From positions 32,001-96,000 of the forward strand of contig CAWGSK010000007.1 in assembly GCA_963825055.1 (NCBI GenBank): 64,000 bases of DNA, in the 5' to 3' direction. The DNA comes from an uncultured Gemmatimonadales bacterium (GTDB lineage: Bacteria > Gemmatimonadota > Gemmatimonadetes > Gemmatimonadales > GWC2-71-9). How positions within the stretch are numbered: the first letter of the stretch is position 1; each line of letters starts with the position of its first letter. Below are positions 36,284 to 46,277 of the stretch, piece by piece. Below the pieces are notes generated by a model. That model ran no database searches, was not told the DNA's origin, and was given only the letters and a program-made list of their open reading frames with translations. The position numbers and the translations under genes are program-made.

Positions 36284-39200
36284 ATTACCGGCGCCCTCCT
36301 GCTGGCAATTGCCTGGTTTGCGGTTGCCAGACTGAGTCTCCTGCCGGTCATTGCGCGCGACAACGTCTCGCTCGCGTGGCCGGCCTCGGGCGTGGGTCTC
36401 GCCGCACTCCTGCTCTACGGCCGCCGGCTCTGGCCCGGTATCACCCTCGCCTCCCTCACCCTCTCCGCTTCCATTGCCATCCCACTCCCGATCGCGGTCA
36501 CGGTGGCGGTCGGGCACACGCTCGAAGCGGTGTGCGCGTCCCTCATCATTGAGCGTCTGGCGCGCCCCCACATCACCCTCGACCGCCTTGGGGACGTGCT
36601 GGCCCTCGTGGCCGCGGCGATCGTCGGCGCACTTATCAGTGCTGGCCTGGGCGGACTCGCACTGGACCTCCTCGGGATGTACCCCCCGGGTGCGGTCGCC
36701 GGCGCCATTGCCACCTGGTGGCTGTCGAACCTGCTGGGGCTGCTCCTGGTCGGCTCGCTGATCGTGACCTGGGCCGACCGGCGACAGGCGCCGCTGCTGC
36801 GTGCGCGTCCGCTCGAAGCCACAGCCTTGCTGGCCGGCCTGACGCTGGCGTGCTACGTGGTCTTTCTCGCGCGCCCGCTTGACCCCCGGGGGCCCGCGGC
36901 GAGCAGTGCAGCCTTCGTCGTCTTCCCGTTCATGATCTGGGCCGCGCTCCGCTTTCACGCCAGGGGCGCGGCGACTACGACCTTCCTCATCGCCGTGTTT
37001 GCGGTCGCCGGCGCCCTCCTGGGCCGCGGCATGCTGGCGCGCTCGACCTTTGTGGAGTCGGTGCCTTACCTCGAGGTCTACCTGGCCGTCGTGGGGGTGA
37101 CGGGCCTGGTGCTCGGGGCCGTCATCGCCTCGCACCACCGCGTGACCGCCCGGCTCCAGGAGACCGAGGCGGCGAACATGGCCCTGCTTCGGGTCATCCC
37201 GGACACCGTACTCCGGCTCGCCGAGGATGGCCGGGTGGTGGACATAATTGCCACCGGGCCGGGATTCATCGGGGTGGATCCGGACGTGCGCCAGCGCCAG
37301 CTGGAAGACCTGCTGCCCGAGCCGTTCGCCGCAGCGGTGCGCTCGGCGCTTCGCGCAGCGATCGTCTCCGGACGGGTGCAGACGGTGGAAGGGGCGACGC
37401 ACGACACGACCCGCCTCCAGTGGGAACTCCGCATCTTCCCGGCCGGCGTGGGCGAGGCCTTTGCGATCGCCCGTGACGTGACCTTGCGCCAGATCGCGGA
37501 AGAGGCCGTGCGCGAGAACGAGGAGCGTTTCAGGGCCCTGGTGGAGGGCGCGCCGGAGGCGATCGTCGTGCTGGACCCGGAGACGGGCCTGTTCGTGGAC
37601 TGCAACGACAAGGCCTGCCGGCTCTTCGGGCTGCCCCGCAGGGCCCTGCTGCGCACGGGGCCGGTGCAGATGAGTCCGGAACTGCAGCCCGATGGCCGGC
37701 GGTCCGACGAGGTCGCCGGTCCCTATATCCAGGAGGCGCAGGCCGGTTCCCCGCAGGCCTTTTCCTGGGTGCACCGGCACGCCGACGGCCGGGCATTGCC
37801 ATGTGAGGTCCGGCTCAACCGCTTCCCCTCAGGGGGGCGGCAACTGATTCGCGCCAGTATCTCCGACGTCAGTGACCTCCTCCGGATGAACGAGGAACTG
37901 GCCCAGTCCGAAGAACGGTACCGGCTCCTGTTTCAGCACAATCCGCAGCCCATGCTGGTTTACGACACCCAGACGCTGGCGGTCGTGGCTGTCAACCAGG
38001 CCGCCATCGCGCGTTATGGTTACGCCGAGTCGGAGTTCCTGCGGCTCAAGATTGAGCAACTCCGCCCGCCGGAGGACGTGGCGCTCCTCCGCCACCACCT
38101 GGAGCGCCGGACGTCGACGACGTACCAGAGCGGTGTGTGGCGCCATCAGACCGCCGCGGGAGAGGTGTTCGAGGTGGAGGTCACCTCGCACGAGATCCAG
38201 TTCGCCGGCCGTGCCTGTCGCATCGTCCTGATGGTGGACGTCTCGGAACGGCACCGCCTGGAGGAGCAGTTGCGGCAGAGCCAGAAGATGGAGGCGATCG
38301 GCCGGCTGGCTGGCGGGGTGGCCCACGATTTCAACAACATCCTGACGGCCATCAGCGGCTATGCCGACCTGGTCGTGGGTGAACTCGATCCGGCCCACCC
38401 GGTGGTGGAGGACGTGCTGGAAATCCAGCTCGCAACGCGGCGGGCGGCCGACCTGACCCGCCAGCTCCTGACGTTCAGCCGGAAGCAGCTCTCCCTCCCC
38501 CGCGATCTTGACATGAATGACGTCGTCCGCGGCATGGAGCCGATGCTGCGGCGCCTGCTGAACGAGGAGATCGAGTTCAGCGTCCGGCTCGAGGCCACGG
38601 GATTCGCGCGCGCCGACCAGAGCCATCTCGAGCAGATCCTCCTGAACCTGGCCGTCAACGCGAACGATGCGATGCCGGGAGGAGGTCAACTTCTCGTCGC
38701 GACCGACGATGTCACGCTGGATGCCCCCGTCGTCCGGATGCACGCCGTGGTGCCGGAGGGGACCTATGTGCGGCTGACGGTCCAGGACTCGGGGGTCGGC
38801 ATGCCGCGCGAAGTCCTGGACCGGGTCTTTGAGCCATTCTTCACCACCAAGGAGGTGGGCAAGGGGACAGGACTGGGCCTCTCGACGGTCTACGGCATCG
38901 TCAAGCAGAGCCAGGGCCATATCGAGGTGGAAAGCGATCCCGGCCAGGGCACGAGCTTCAGGGTGTACCTCCCATGGGTGACGGCCGGTCCGGAGCCCGC
39001 GAAACCCGCCCGTGTGTCGCCGCCGTCTGGAACGGGAAGGCCCCGCCCGGCCCGGATCCTCGTGGTCGAGGACGAGCCCGCCGTGCGAGGGCTCATCCGA
39101 CGGACCCTCGCGGCGGCCTCCCACGATGTCCTGACCGCCGCCGATGGCCGCGAGGCGCTGGACGCCGTGGGCGATGGTCCACCCATCGACCTGCTGGTCT

Positions 39201-39415
39201 CCGATGTGATCATGCCAGGCATGCGCGGAACGAACGTGGCCGCCGCGCTCCGGGAGCGGCTGCCGGACCTGCCGGTCCTCTTTCTGTCGGGATACACTGG
39301 ACCTCGAAACTTCGATCAGGAATTTCCGGGTCCGCGGGCCGACTTTCTCCAGAAGCCCTTCACCGCGGAGGATCTGGTGCGGAAAGTGAACGCCCTGCTG
39401 AAGGACCTCGAATGA
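36284..39415 (+). CDS. Hybrid sensor kinase MASE1-PAS(x3)-HisKA-HATPase-REC
   Basis: WPASG..WPG MASE1 motif, [37 protein letters not shown] domain. The track start is 36392, but the MASE1 frame is open upstream to ATT 36284. Confidence 0.9.
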   Translation: MTGALLLAIAWFAVARLSLLPVIARDNVSLAWPASGVGLAALLLYGRRLWPGITLASLTLSASIAIPLPIAVTVAVGHTLEAVCASLIIERLARPHITLDRLGDVLALVAAAIVGALISAGLGGLALDLLGMYPPGAVAGAIATWWLSNLLGLLLVGSLIVTWADRRQAPLLRARPLEATALLAGLTLACYVVFLARPLDPRGPAASSAAFVVFPFMIWAALRFHARGAATTTFLIAVFAVAGALLGRGMLARSTFVESVPYLEVYLAVVGVTGLVLGAVIASHHRVTARLQETEAANMALLRVIPDTVLRLAEDGRVVDIIATGPGFIGVDPDVRQRQLEDLLPEPFAAAVRSALRAAIVSGRVQTVEGATHDTTRLQWELRIFPAGVGEAFAIARDVTLRQIAEEAVRENEERFRALVEGAPEAIVVLDPETGLFVDCNDKACRLFGLPRRALLRTGPVQMSPELQPDGRRSDEVAGPYIQEAQAGSPQAFSWVHRHADGRALPCEVRLNRFPSGGRQLIRASISDVSDLLRMNEELAQSEERYRLLFQHNPQPMLVYDTQTLAVVAVNQAAIARYGYAESEFLRLKIEQLRPPEDVALLRHHLERRTSTTYQSGVWRHQTAAGEVFEVEVTSHEIQFAGRACRIVLMVDVSERHRLEEQLRQSQKMEAIGRLAGGVAHDFNNILTAISGYADLVVGELDPAHPVVEDVLEIQLATRRAADLTRQLLTFSRKQLSLPRDLDMNDVVRGMEPMLRRLLNEEIEFSVRLEATGFARADQSHLEQILLNLAVNANDAMPGGGQLLVATDDVTLDAPVVRMHAVVPEGTYVRLTVQDSGVGMPREVLDRVFEPFFTTKEVGKGTGLGLSTVYGIVKQSQGHIEVESDPGQGTSFRVYLPWVTAGPEPAKPARVSPPSGTGRPRPARILVVEDEPAVRGLIRRTLAAASHDVLTAADGREALDAVGDGPPIDLLVSDVIMPGMRGTNVAAALRERLPDLPVLFLSGYTGPRNFDQEFPGPRADFLQKPFTAEDLVRKVNALLKDLE

Positions 39416-40179
39416 GACCTCCGGGCATCATCACCCTCCTGACCGACTTCGGCGTCACTGACGCGTACGTGGGTGAGTTGAAGGGTGTGCTCCTGAGCCG
39501 GGCCCCCGGTGCCACGCTTGTGGACCTCACCCATGACATTTCCCCGGGCGACGTCCGTGCCGCCGCCTATGTGCTCGCGAGGGCCTGGCCGCGATACCCG
39601 GCCGGCACGGTGCACCTGGTTGTGGTGGATCCTGGTGTCGGTTCGACCCGGGCCGGGCTCCTCGTCCGGGCAGGAGGCCAGGCGTTCGTCGGCCCCGACA
39701 ACGGGGTGCTGACCAGCGCACTGGCCGCAGACCCGCGCCCGGTGCTCCGGCTCAACGAGCCGCCGGATGCGAGTCCGACATTTCACGGTCGGGATGTCTT
39801 CGCGCCTGCGGCCGCATGTATCGCCCGCGGCGACGAGCCGGGTTCGGTCGGCCTGCCGTTCATCGGCGCTCCCATCAGGTTGCCGGCGCCGGAGCCCTGG
39901 TATGAAGGGAAGGTCCTCATCGGGGAGGTCGTCTACATCGACCGGTTCGGCAACGTGGTGACCAACCTGGACACCACCCTGGTGCCCGACTACGGCAGCC
40001 TCGAGACGGAGGGCGTGGAAATCGGGAGGCTCCGTCGCTCGTTCAGCGACGTCCCACCGGGGGAACTGCTGGCGTACGTGGGTTCGGGCGGCCAGGTGGA
40101 GATCGCGGTGCGGGATGGCTCGGCGGCGCGCCGGCTGGGACTGGGAGTAGGAAGCCGGGTGAGGGTACGGCTGGGGTAG
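39412..40179 (+). CDS. SAM hydroxide adenosyltransferase/DUF62 family protein
   Basis: ITLLTDFG, DLTH, VVDPGVG, GPDNG, TFHGRDVF, IDRFGN. Confidence 0.9.
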   Translation: MRPPGIITLLTDFGVTDAYVGELKGVLLSRAPGATLVDLTHDISPGDVRAAAYVLARAWPRYPAGTVHLVVVDPGVGSTRAGLLVRAGGQAFVGPDNGVLTSALAADPRPVLRLNEPPDASPTFHGRDVFAPAAACIARGDEPGSVGLPFIGAPIRLPAPEPWYEGKVLIGEVVYIDRFGNVVTNLDTTLVPDYGSLETEGVEIGRLRRSFSDVPPGELLAYVGSGGQVEIAVRDGSAARRLGLGVGSRVRVRLG

Positions 40180-40184
40180 ACTCC

Positions 40185-40300
40185 GGTGAGCGGTGAGCGG
40201 TAAGCGGTAAACGGTAAACGGTGAGCGGTGAGCGGTGAGCAGTGAGCAGTGAGCGGTGAGCGGTGAACAACCTGTCCGTCTGCCCGCCTGCCCGCCTGTC
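40185..40300. repeat. Heptamer array (RGTRARC)x12 followed by octamer array (YCTGYCCG)x3-4
   Basis: 12 units at 40185-40268, then CCTGTCCG TCTGCCCG CCTGCCCG CCTGTC at 40271-40300, between convergent genes. Confidence 0.93.
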
Positions 40301-41147
40301 AATCCGCCCAATTCACCACAAGCCCCCCGACAGTGACGGACACGGAGATGTCGAGATGCTTCGTGGCTGTCTCATAGCCTGGCGACAGGTACTGCCCGTC
40401 CTTCTGTGTGAACCCGGCGGCGTCCAGGCTCGCGAGAAACCGGTTCACGGTCAGCGCCACCCCGGCGTCACGGGGCAGCAGCAGGGTCACCTCACCGAAC
40501 GTGACTTTCACCCGGATCCGTGCGTCCGCCGTCCAGCCGCCCGTCAGGTCCAGGGTCACGTCACCCGCGCCACCCTCGAAGCGGATATCCTCACAACGGC
40601 TGTTGCCGAGGTCGTACGCCACGAAGTTGGTGGCCCCACCGGACATTTCGAGCATCCGGCAGGCGATCTGATTTGGTTCGGAGAACCTCACGACCGAACG
40701 GCTGGCGTCCGTGTGCACCGTGGCGTCGGTGAGCCGCAGCCCACCCAGTTCCAGGTCGGCCTCGACCGCCCCGACCTGCGCATCCACCGAGACGTTGATA
40801 TCCGTGGGCAATTCCACCACGGCGTGCTGCTCGAGCTGGTGTCGCGAACTCACCCGTAGCCCCGCCCCCCCGACACTGCGCACCCCGAGCGTGACCTCGC
40901 GCCCCTGCTCGTTCCATTCCCCCACCGGCGTGAATCGCTCCGGGTCCCAGGCGAGCGTCATGCGATAGAGCAGGCCCGCTGGAGCCGGGGCCAGGCGCAC
41001 TGTGCCCGCGGCAAAGTTGATCCGTGCCCGTAATTCCCGCTCGCCCTGATGCTGCCGGGATACGGTGGTCTCGCGCATCGTCTGGGCGGCCAGGCCGGAT
41101 GGCACAAGGAGCAGGGCGGCCAGCGATGCCGCGAGGGCCCGGCTCAA
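40299..41147 (-). CDS. Secreted beta-rich protein (toast-rack/LiaF/DUF2154-like)
   Basis: TTG start overlapping the upstream stop, signal peptide, repeated GAVEADLELG/GAGDVTLDL strands. Confidence 0.7.
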   Translation of the reverse strand: MSRALAASLAALLLVPSGLAAQTMRETTVSRQHQGERELRARINFAAGTVRLAPAPAGLLYRMTLAWDPERFTPVGEWNEQGREVTLGVRSVGGAGLRVSSRHQLEQHAVVELPTDINVSVDAQVGAVEADLELGGLRLTDATVHTDASRSVVRFSEPNQIACRMLEMSGGATNFVAYDLGNSRCEDIRFEGGAGDVTLDLTGGWTADARIRVKVTFGEVTLLLPRDAGVALTVNRFLASLDAAGFTQKDGQYLSPGYETATKHLDISVSVTVGGLVVNWAD

Positions 41148-42703
41148 CGCTCCCCCGGAGGTGGCGTGCGGTGCCCCGGCCGGCGCACGGCCGGCACCCC
41201 GAACTGCGGCGTGGCCCAGAGGTATTCGTCCGTGAGTGCCTCCGGGGGCACGATCCGCCCGCTGAAGGCCTCGCGGGCGCCGGCCCGCGAGAGGAGCATG
41301 GCGCCGAATCCGGTGGTGGCGAGGAGCCAGGTGGCGAGGGCGGCGATACCCTTGATGAGCCCGCCCGCCACGGGCACCCATCCGAAGACCACCCAGGCCG
41401 CCCAGAGCGCCAGCAGCGCCACCAGGCCGATCATCAGGTAGCGGTAACTGTTCGCCGAACTGACCGGAATGCCGGCCGCCATGCGGCGGCGGGTGTAGGT
41501 CTCGCCCATGGCGTGGGCCACGGCGAGATACCCGCCCAGCAGCCCGACGATCACCAGCAGGCCGTAGGCGACAACCGCGAACGGTATCAGGAGTACTCCA
41601 ACCACCGTGAGCGTGAGGCCCACTACCAGCATGCCGAAGGTGGGGAGGACAAGCATCTCGGCAAGCAGGCCCACGACGAACGAGCGAGCGAAGGAATGCG
41701 TGACGGTGTCGGCGACGATCTCGAGATGCGAGCGCCCGAAGAGCACCACGCCGAAGCCGACGCCGGCCAGGGTCACGAACAGACCAAGCAGTCCGGCGGC
41801 GTTCCGCGCAACGCGGGCCGGGCCCGATGAGGCGACCGTTTCCGTGGCGGCCGGCGCGTGAGCCGCCGCGGCGAGAGTCCGCACCTGGCCGTCGACGCGC
41901 CCACCCTCCAGCCGGACCAGCCCGTCCATCGCCAGCACGTCACCGGCCACCCGGCCGCCCTGATGGACGATGGCGTCGCCATGGGCGACGACCAGGTTTC
42001 CGTTCACGATGCCGTAGATGTCAGCGTTGCCGTCGAGCACCAGGAGGGGGCCGGTCAACGTCTCGCTTGAACCGAGGCTGAAGTTTCCGGATCGGGCGGT
42101 CCCGCCCGGCACCGTGAGGACACGCGATGACCCCGTGAGGGCCAGGGCGCGCTTCAGGCGGTTTTCGAGCAGGACCGGGTTGGAGAGGTCATCCAGGGGC
42201 ACCACCAGGCCCCCGGGCCCCGCATCAGGGACGGCCTGTGGGGCCTCGGCGGTGGTCTGGATGGCTGCGAGATGCGAGAGACGCCTGCGGACGCGGTCGG
42301 CCGCGGGGGTTTCGGATTCTGTGACGCTGTCGGGGGACCAGTCCCGCAGGACGGTGAGCAGGTCCGGCGTGCTCTGGCGGCCGGCCTCGTGGACCAGATC
42401 CCGCCAGGCTTCATGGAAGGGGCCGTGGGGCTGGTAATGGCCTACCTCGTCGTGGCCGATGCGGACGTTCCCGCCGGCCAGCTCAAGGAACAGCGTGCGA
42501 TTGTCGGCGAGGGTGAAGCCGAGGATCAGGTCGTCCGGGCCGATCGCGGTATAGTGACTCCGGACGGACTCAGTGCGCTCATGGCCCAGCAGGCCACGGA
42601 TGAAGTCGACCGGGGTGTCCAGGGGATCGGGCCCGGCGGCGCGGCCTGTCGCGGGCGCTCCCAGGAGCAGGAGCGCGGCGAGGGCGGCGCTAGGCGCTCG
42701 CAC
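41144..42703 (-). CDS. Membrane protein with bactofilin-like (polymer-forming) beta-helix
   Basis: Signal peptide, VNGNLVVAHGDA..VAGDVLA..G.V repeats, then several TM helices. Confidence 0.7.
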   Translation of the reverse strand: MRAPSAALAALLLLGAPATGRAAGPDPLDTPVDFIRGLLGHERTESVRSHYTAIGPDDLILGFTLADNRTLFLELAGGNVRIGHDEVGHYQPHGPFHEAWRDLVHEAGRQSTPDLLTVLRDWSPDSVTESETPAADRVRRRLSHLAAIQTTAEAPQAVPDAGPGGLVVPLDDLSNPVLLENRLKRALALTGSSRVLTVPGGTARSGNFSLGSSETLTGPLLVLDGNADIYGIVNGNLVVAHGDAIVHQGGRVAGDVLAMDGLVRLEGGRVDGQVRTLAAAAHAPAATETVASSGPARVARNAAGLLGLFVTLAGVGFGVVLFGRSHLEIVADTVTHSFARSFVVGLLAEMLVLPTFGMLVVGLTLTVVGVLLIPFAVVAYGLLVIVGLLGGYLAVAHAMGETYTRRRMAAGIPVSSANSYRYLMIGLVALLALWAAWVVFGWVPVAGGLIKGIAALATWLLATTGFGAMLLSRAGAREAFSGRIVPPEALTDEYLWATPQFGVPAVRRPGHRTPPPGER

Positions 42704-43292
42704 CGGCCACCCGATGCGACGGTACCGAGAGCAGGCGCCGGAGGGCGACCATTCCGCTCAGGTACGCCAGCACACTCGACCCGGCGACCAGCGCGAGCCT
42801 GGCCGGTGTGGCCAGGAGGTCTCGCGCGCTGTCGTACCAGGGCTGCTCCATGAGATTGGAGGCGGTGCCGCGCAGCCCGACCCAGAGCAGCTGGTTTCCT
42901 TCACTGGAAAGCCAGTTGCCGGCCTGAATCAGGGCATCGGGGTGGGTGAGGCTCCAGGCGACGCTGAGTCCCATGGATCCGACCAGCGCGGCGGCCACCG
43001 CCGCGGCCCGTCCCCGGGTCTCGGGGGCGGTGAACCGGTGCCTGAGGCCCGCCAGGGTCCAGGCCGACTGCCGTTCCGGCACCCGGACCGAAGCCATGAC
43101 CCGCTCGGCAAACGCTGCCTGCGGGTTGAAAAGCGGCAGGCTGGCGAGCCGGGCGGCGAGTTCGCGCTCCGCTTCCGCGAAGGCGCGGCACTCCGCGCAC
43201 TGTTCGAGGTGGCGCTGTCGGGTGAGCTCCAGGCGCCCAAGCAGGTGGGCGTCCAGCTCGTCCATCGTGAGGTGCAGATCGTCGACTGTCAT
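42690..43292 (-). CDS. Zinc-binding anti-sigma factor (ZAS) with TM helices
   Basis: HL...HLEQCAEC (HxxxCxxC), FAERVMA, two TM segments. Confidence 0.85.
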   Translation of the reverse strand: MTVDDLHLTMDELDAHLLGRLELTRQRHLEQCAECRAFAEAERELAARLASLPLFNPQAAFAERVMASVRVPERQSAWTLAGLRHRFTAPETRGRAAAVAAALVGSMGLSVAWSLTHPDALIQAGNWLSSEGNQLLWVGLRGTASNLMEQPWYDSARDLLATPARLALVAGSSVLAYLSGMVALRRLLSVPSHRVAGASA

Positions 43293-43305
43293 AACCGCTT
43301 CCTCT

Positions 43306-43332
43306 TACGGTGCGGGCGGAAGAGAGGTTTCA
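43306..43332 (-). promoter_or_regulatory. ECF (SigW-like) promoter in front of the anti-sigma gene
   Basis: TGAAAC-N17-CGTA on the minus strand; the TGA is the sigma gene stop codon. Confidence 0.65.
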
Positions 43333-43935
43333 CTGGCGGAGGTCGGAGAGAGCTTCTCGTAACTCATTGCGGGCACGGTGGATATACGTCTTCACCGTCC
43401 CGAGGGGCAATTCCAGGATCTCGGCGATTTCCTCGTAGGGACGGCCCTCCACGTGGCGGAGCAGGATGCAGGAGCGGTATTCGGGCCGGAGGCGCCCGAT
43501 GGCTTCCTCGATCGCGCCGCCCAGTTCGCGGGCTTCGAGTTCCTCGAGCGGGGTCTCGCCCCGGTCACCGATCTGGAGCGCGGTAGCCTCGATGGCGTCG
43601 GCAGTCTGGGCGTGCGGGGCCCCGTCGAGGGACAGCGTCTTGAGCTCGCGCCGGCGGAGATGATCGATGGCGGCGTTGTTGGCGATCTTGAAGATCCAGG
43701 AACTGAACTTGTATTCCGGACGGTAGGAGTCGATGGCGTTGAGTGCCTTCACGAAGGTCTCCTGGGAGAGATCCTCGGCCAACTCGCGGTCACGCACCAT
43801 TCGGTAGATGAGCGAGAAGATGGGACGCTCGTATCGTCGGATCAGCTCACGGTAGGCAGCCTCACGCCCGGCCCTCGCCAGGAGCACGACCTCCTGGTCG
43901 GTCGCGTCGGCGAGGACGGCCCGTTCCTCAGCCAT
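43330..43935 (-). CDS. ECF RNA polymerase sigma factor (SigW-like)
   Basis: AEDLSQETF, KFSSWIFKIANN..IDHLRRR, YEEIAEILELPLGTVKTYIHRAR. Confidence 0.93.
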   Translation of the reverse strand: MAEERAVLADATDQEVVLLARAGREAAYRELIRRYERPIFSLIYRMVRDRELAEDLSQETFVKALNAIDSYRPEYKFSSWIFKIANNAAIDHLRRRELKTLSLDGAPHAQTADAIEATALQIGDRGETPLEELEARELGGAIEEAIGRLRPEYRSCILLRHVEGRPYEEIAEILELPLGTVKTYIHRARNELREALSDLRQ

Positions 43936-43988
43936 GAGGACAGCACCAGCTTGCGGACGTCATTCGCGCCCGACTACATTCGCGGCCG

Positions 43989-44717
43989 ATGTCAGCCTCA
44001 GACCCCAGGGTGGCGGCGACCGGCGGCGCGACGAAGCGCGAGTATGTCCGGGGCATGTTTACCGAGATTGCCCCCCGTTACGATCTCCTGAACCATCTGC
44101 TCAGCCTCAATGTGGATCGCCGGTGGCGCCGCCAGGCCGTGGCCGCCCTCGACTGGGAGCGCGTGCCGGATGGCCGCTATCTCGATCTGTGTGCCGGCAC
44201 CCTGGACCTCGCCGCGGCTCTCGCGGCCGAGCCCGGGTTCGCCGGGCGGGTGGTCGGGCTCGACTTCGTACGGCCCATGCTTGTGCTCGGGCGGGACAAG
44301 GCGTCCGCCGTCTCGCCCGTCCATGGCGACGCGCAGGACCTGCCGTTCCCACACGCGGCTTTCGACGGGGCCACCGTGGGCTTCGGCGTCCGCAACCTGG
44401 CCGACCTCGACCGGGGGTTGCAGGAAGCGGCGCGCGTGCTGAAACCGGGCGCGCGGCTGGTGGTCCTGGAGTTCACGACGCCGCCACGGCAGCCCATGCG
44501 CGCGTTCTATCTCGCCTACTTCCGGCATGTCCTGCCCACCATCGGGCGTCTGGTGTCGAAACATAGGACGGCCTACAGCTACCTGCCAGAGTCGGTTCTG
44601 CACTTTCCCGGGCCCGACGCCTTCGCCACGCGCATGGCGGACGCCGGATTCTCCGACGTGCGATATTCCTTCCTGTTCGGCGGGATCTGCGCCATCCACT
44701 CCGGCGTCCGGGCCTGA
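43989..44717 (+). CDS. menG: Demethylmenaquinone methyltransferase (UbiE/MenG)
   Basis: MFTEIAPRYDLLNHLLS, LDLCAGT, FGVRN, RVLKPG, AYSYLPES. Confidence 0.9.
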   Translation: MSASDPRVAATGGATKREYVRGMFTEIAPRYDLLNHLLSLNVDRRWRRQAVAALDWERVPDGRYLDLCAGTLDLAAALAAEPGFAGRVVGLDFVRPMLVLGRDKASAVSPVHGDAQDLPFPHAAFDGATVGFGVRNLADLDRGLQEAARVLKPGARLVVLEFTTPPRQPMRAFYLAYFRHVLPTIGRLVSKHRTAYSYLPESVLHFPGPDAFATRMADAGFSDVRYSFLFGGICAIHSGVRA

Positions 44718-44742
44718 GCCCGGCACCAGCGGAAGGGTACTC

Positions 44743-46239
44743 ATGAGTATCGACAACATCCGGGAGTTCCTGGAGGCGATCGACGCGGTCGGCGAGCTGG
44801 TCCGGGTGCGCGAGCCGGTGCGCGCCCGGCTGGAGATCGCCGAGATCGCGGACCGCTGCATGAAGTCGCCCGGGGGCGGCCCGGCCCTGCTCTTCGAGAA
44901 CGTCGTGCTGGATGACGGCAGCCGGAGCGCGCACCCCGTCGCCATCAACCTCTTCGGCTCGATGCGGCGGATGTGCCTCGCGCTCGGCGTCGAACAGCTC
45001 GATGAGGTGGGCGCCCGGATCGAGGAGATGCTGAATCTCAAGGTGCCCGAAGGCATCCTGGGGAAACTCGCCATGCTTCCGCGCCTGGCCGAACTGTCGA
45101 AATTCCCCCCGCGGACCAGGGGCGGGAAGCCGCCCTGTCAGGAAGTCGTCCTGCGCGGGGAGGAGGTCGACCTCGCCTCGCTCCCCATCCTGACGACCTG
45201 GCCGGAGGACGGGGGCCCGTATCTGACGCTGCCGATGGTGATAACGCGCGATCCATCGCGCGGGATCCGGAACGTGGGCATGTACCGGGTCCAGGTGCTG
45301 GGGAAGGACAGCCTCGCCATGCACTGGCAGCGGCACAAGGTGGGGGCCGCGCACTGGCGCGAGATGGCGGCACGTGGCGAGAAAATGTCTGTGGTCATTG
45401 CGCTGGGCGGCGATCCGGCCAGTGTCTACTCGGGGAGCGCGCCGCTGCCGCCCACCATCGACGAGTTCATCTTCGCCGGGTTCGTGCGGCGGAAGCCCGT
45501 CGAGCTGGCGAAGGCCCTCACCTGCGACCTCGAGGTGCCCGCCGAAGCCGAGGTTGTCATCGAGGGGTACATCGACCCGGCGGAAGACCTCGTGCTCGAA
45601 GGCCCATTCGGCGACCACACCGGTTTCTACTCGCTGGCGGACTACTACCCGAAGGTACACGTCACCGCCGTCACCATGCGGAAGCATCCGGTCTACATCG
45701 CCACGCTGGTCGGTCGGCCGCCGATGGAGGACTACTACCTCGGCCACGCCACGGAGCGGATCTTCCTCCCGCTGCTCAAACTCACCGTGCCGGAGATCGT
45801 GGACTACCACATGCCGGCGCCGGGCATCTTCCACAATCTCGTCTTCGTCTCCATCGACAAGCAGTACCCGGGGCAGGCATGGAAGGTCATGAACGCCCTC
45901 TGGGGGCAGGGGCTCATGTCACTGGCGAAGGTCCTGGTGGTGGTGGACCGCGAGGTCAATGTCCGGGACCCGGACGAAGCGTGGTGGGTGGCGCTCAACA
46001 ATATCGATCCCGAGCGTGACGTCCGGTTTACGATGGGGCCTGTGGACGTGCTGGACCACGCGAGCCGTGCCTTCACGTACGGCAGCAAGATGGGCATCGA
46101 TGCCACCCGCAAGTGGAAGGAAGAGGGCTTCGACCGGGAGTGGCCCGACCGGATCGTCATGGACGAAGAGACGAAGCAGCGGGTGGATGGGATGTGGAGC
46201 AGACTGGGAATTACGCTGCCGGTGAACGGTGAACGGTGA
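44743..46239 (+). CDS. UbiD family menaquinone biosynthesis decarboxylase (MqnL-like)
   Basis: WPEDGG, NVGMYR, EGPFGDHTGFY, GRPPMED, LDHAS, KMGIDAT. Confidence 0.92.
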   Translation: MSIDNIREFLEAIDAVGELVRVREPVRARLEIAEIADRCMKSPGGGPALLFENVVLDDGSRSAHPVAINLFGSMRRMCLALGVEQLDEVGARIEEMLNLKVPEGILGKLAMLPRLAELSKFPPRTRGGKPPCQEVVLRGEEVDLASLPILTTWPEDGGPYLTLPMVITRDPSRGIRNVGMYRVQVLGKDSLAMHWQRHKVGAAHWREMAARGEKMSVVIALGGDPASVYSGSAPLPPTIDEFIFAGFVRRKPVELAKALTCDLEVPAEAEVVIEGYIDPAEDLVLEGPFGDHTGFYSLADYYPKVHVTAVTMRKHPVYIATLVGRPPMEDYYLGHATERIFLPLLKLTVPEIVDYHMPAPGIFHNLVFVSIDKQYPGQAWKVMNALWGQGLMSLAKVLVVVDREVNVRDPDEAWWVALNNIDPERDVRFTMGPVDVLDHASRAFTYGSKMGIDATRKWKEEGFDREWPDRIVMDEETKQRVDGMWSRLGITLPVNGER

Positions 46240-46277
46240 ACGGTGAACGGTGAACGGTGAACGGTGAACCGGTGAGC
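46221..46277. repeat. Heptamer array (GGTGAAC)x7 plus GGTGAGC spanning the ubiD stop and ubiA start
   Basis: Seven perfect copies at 46221-46269. Confidence 0.95.

Noticed and set aside
39412..40179. True fluorinase/chlorinase with a natural-product cluster
   Set aside because: It has the TFHGRD motif of the widespread DUF62 SAM hydrolases and no biosynthetic cluster context.
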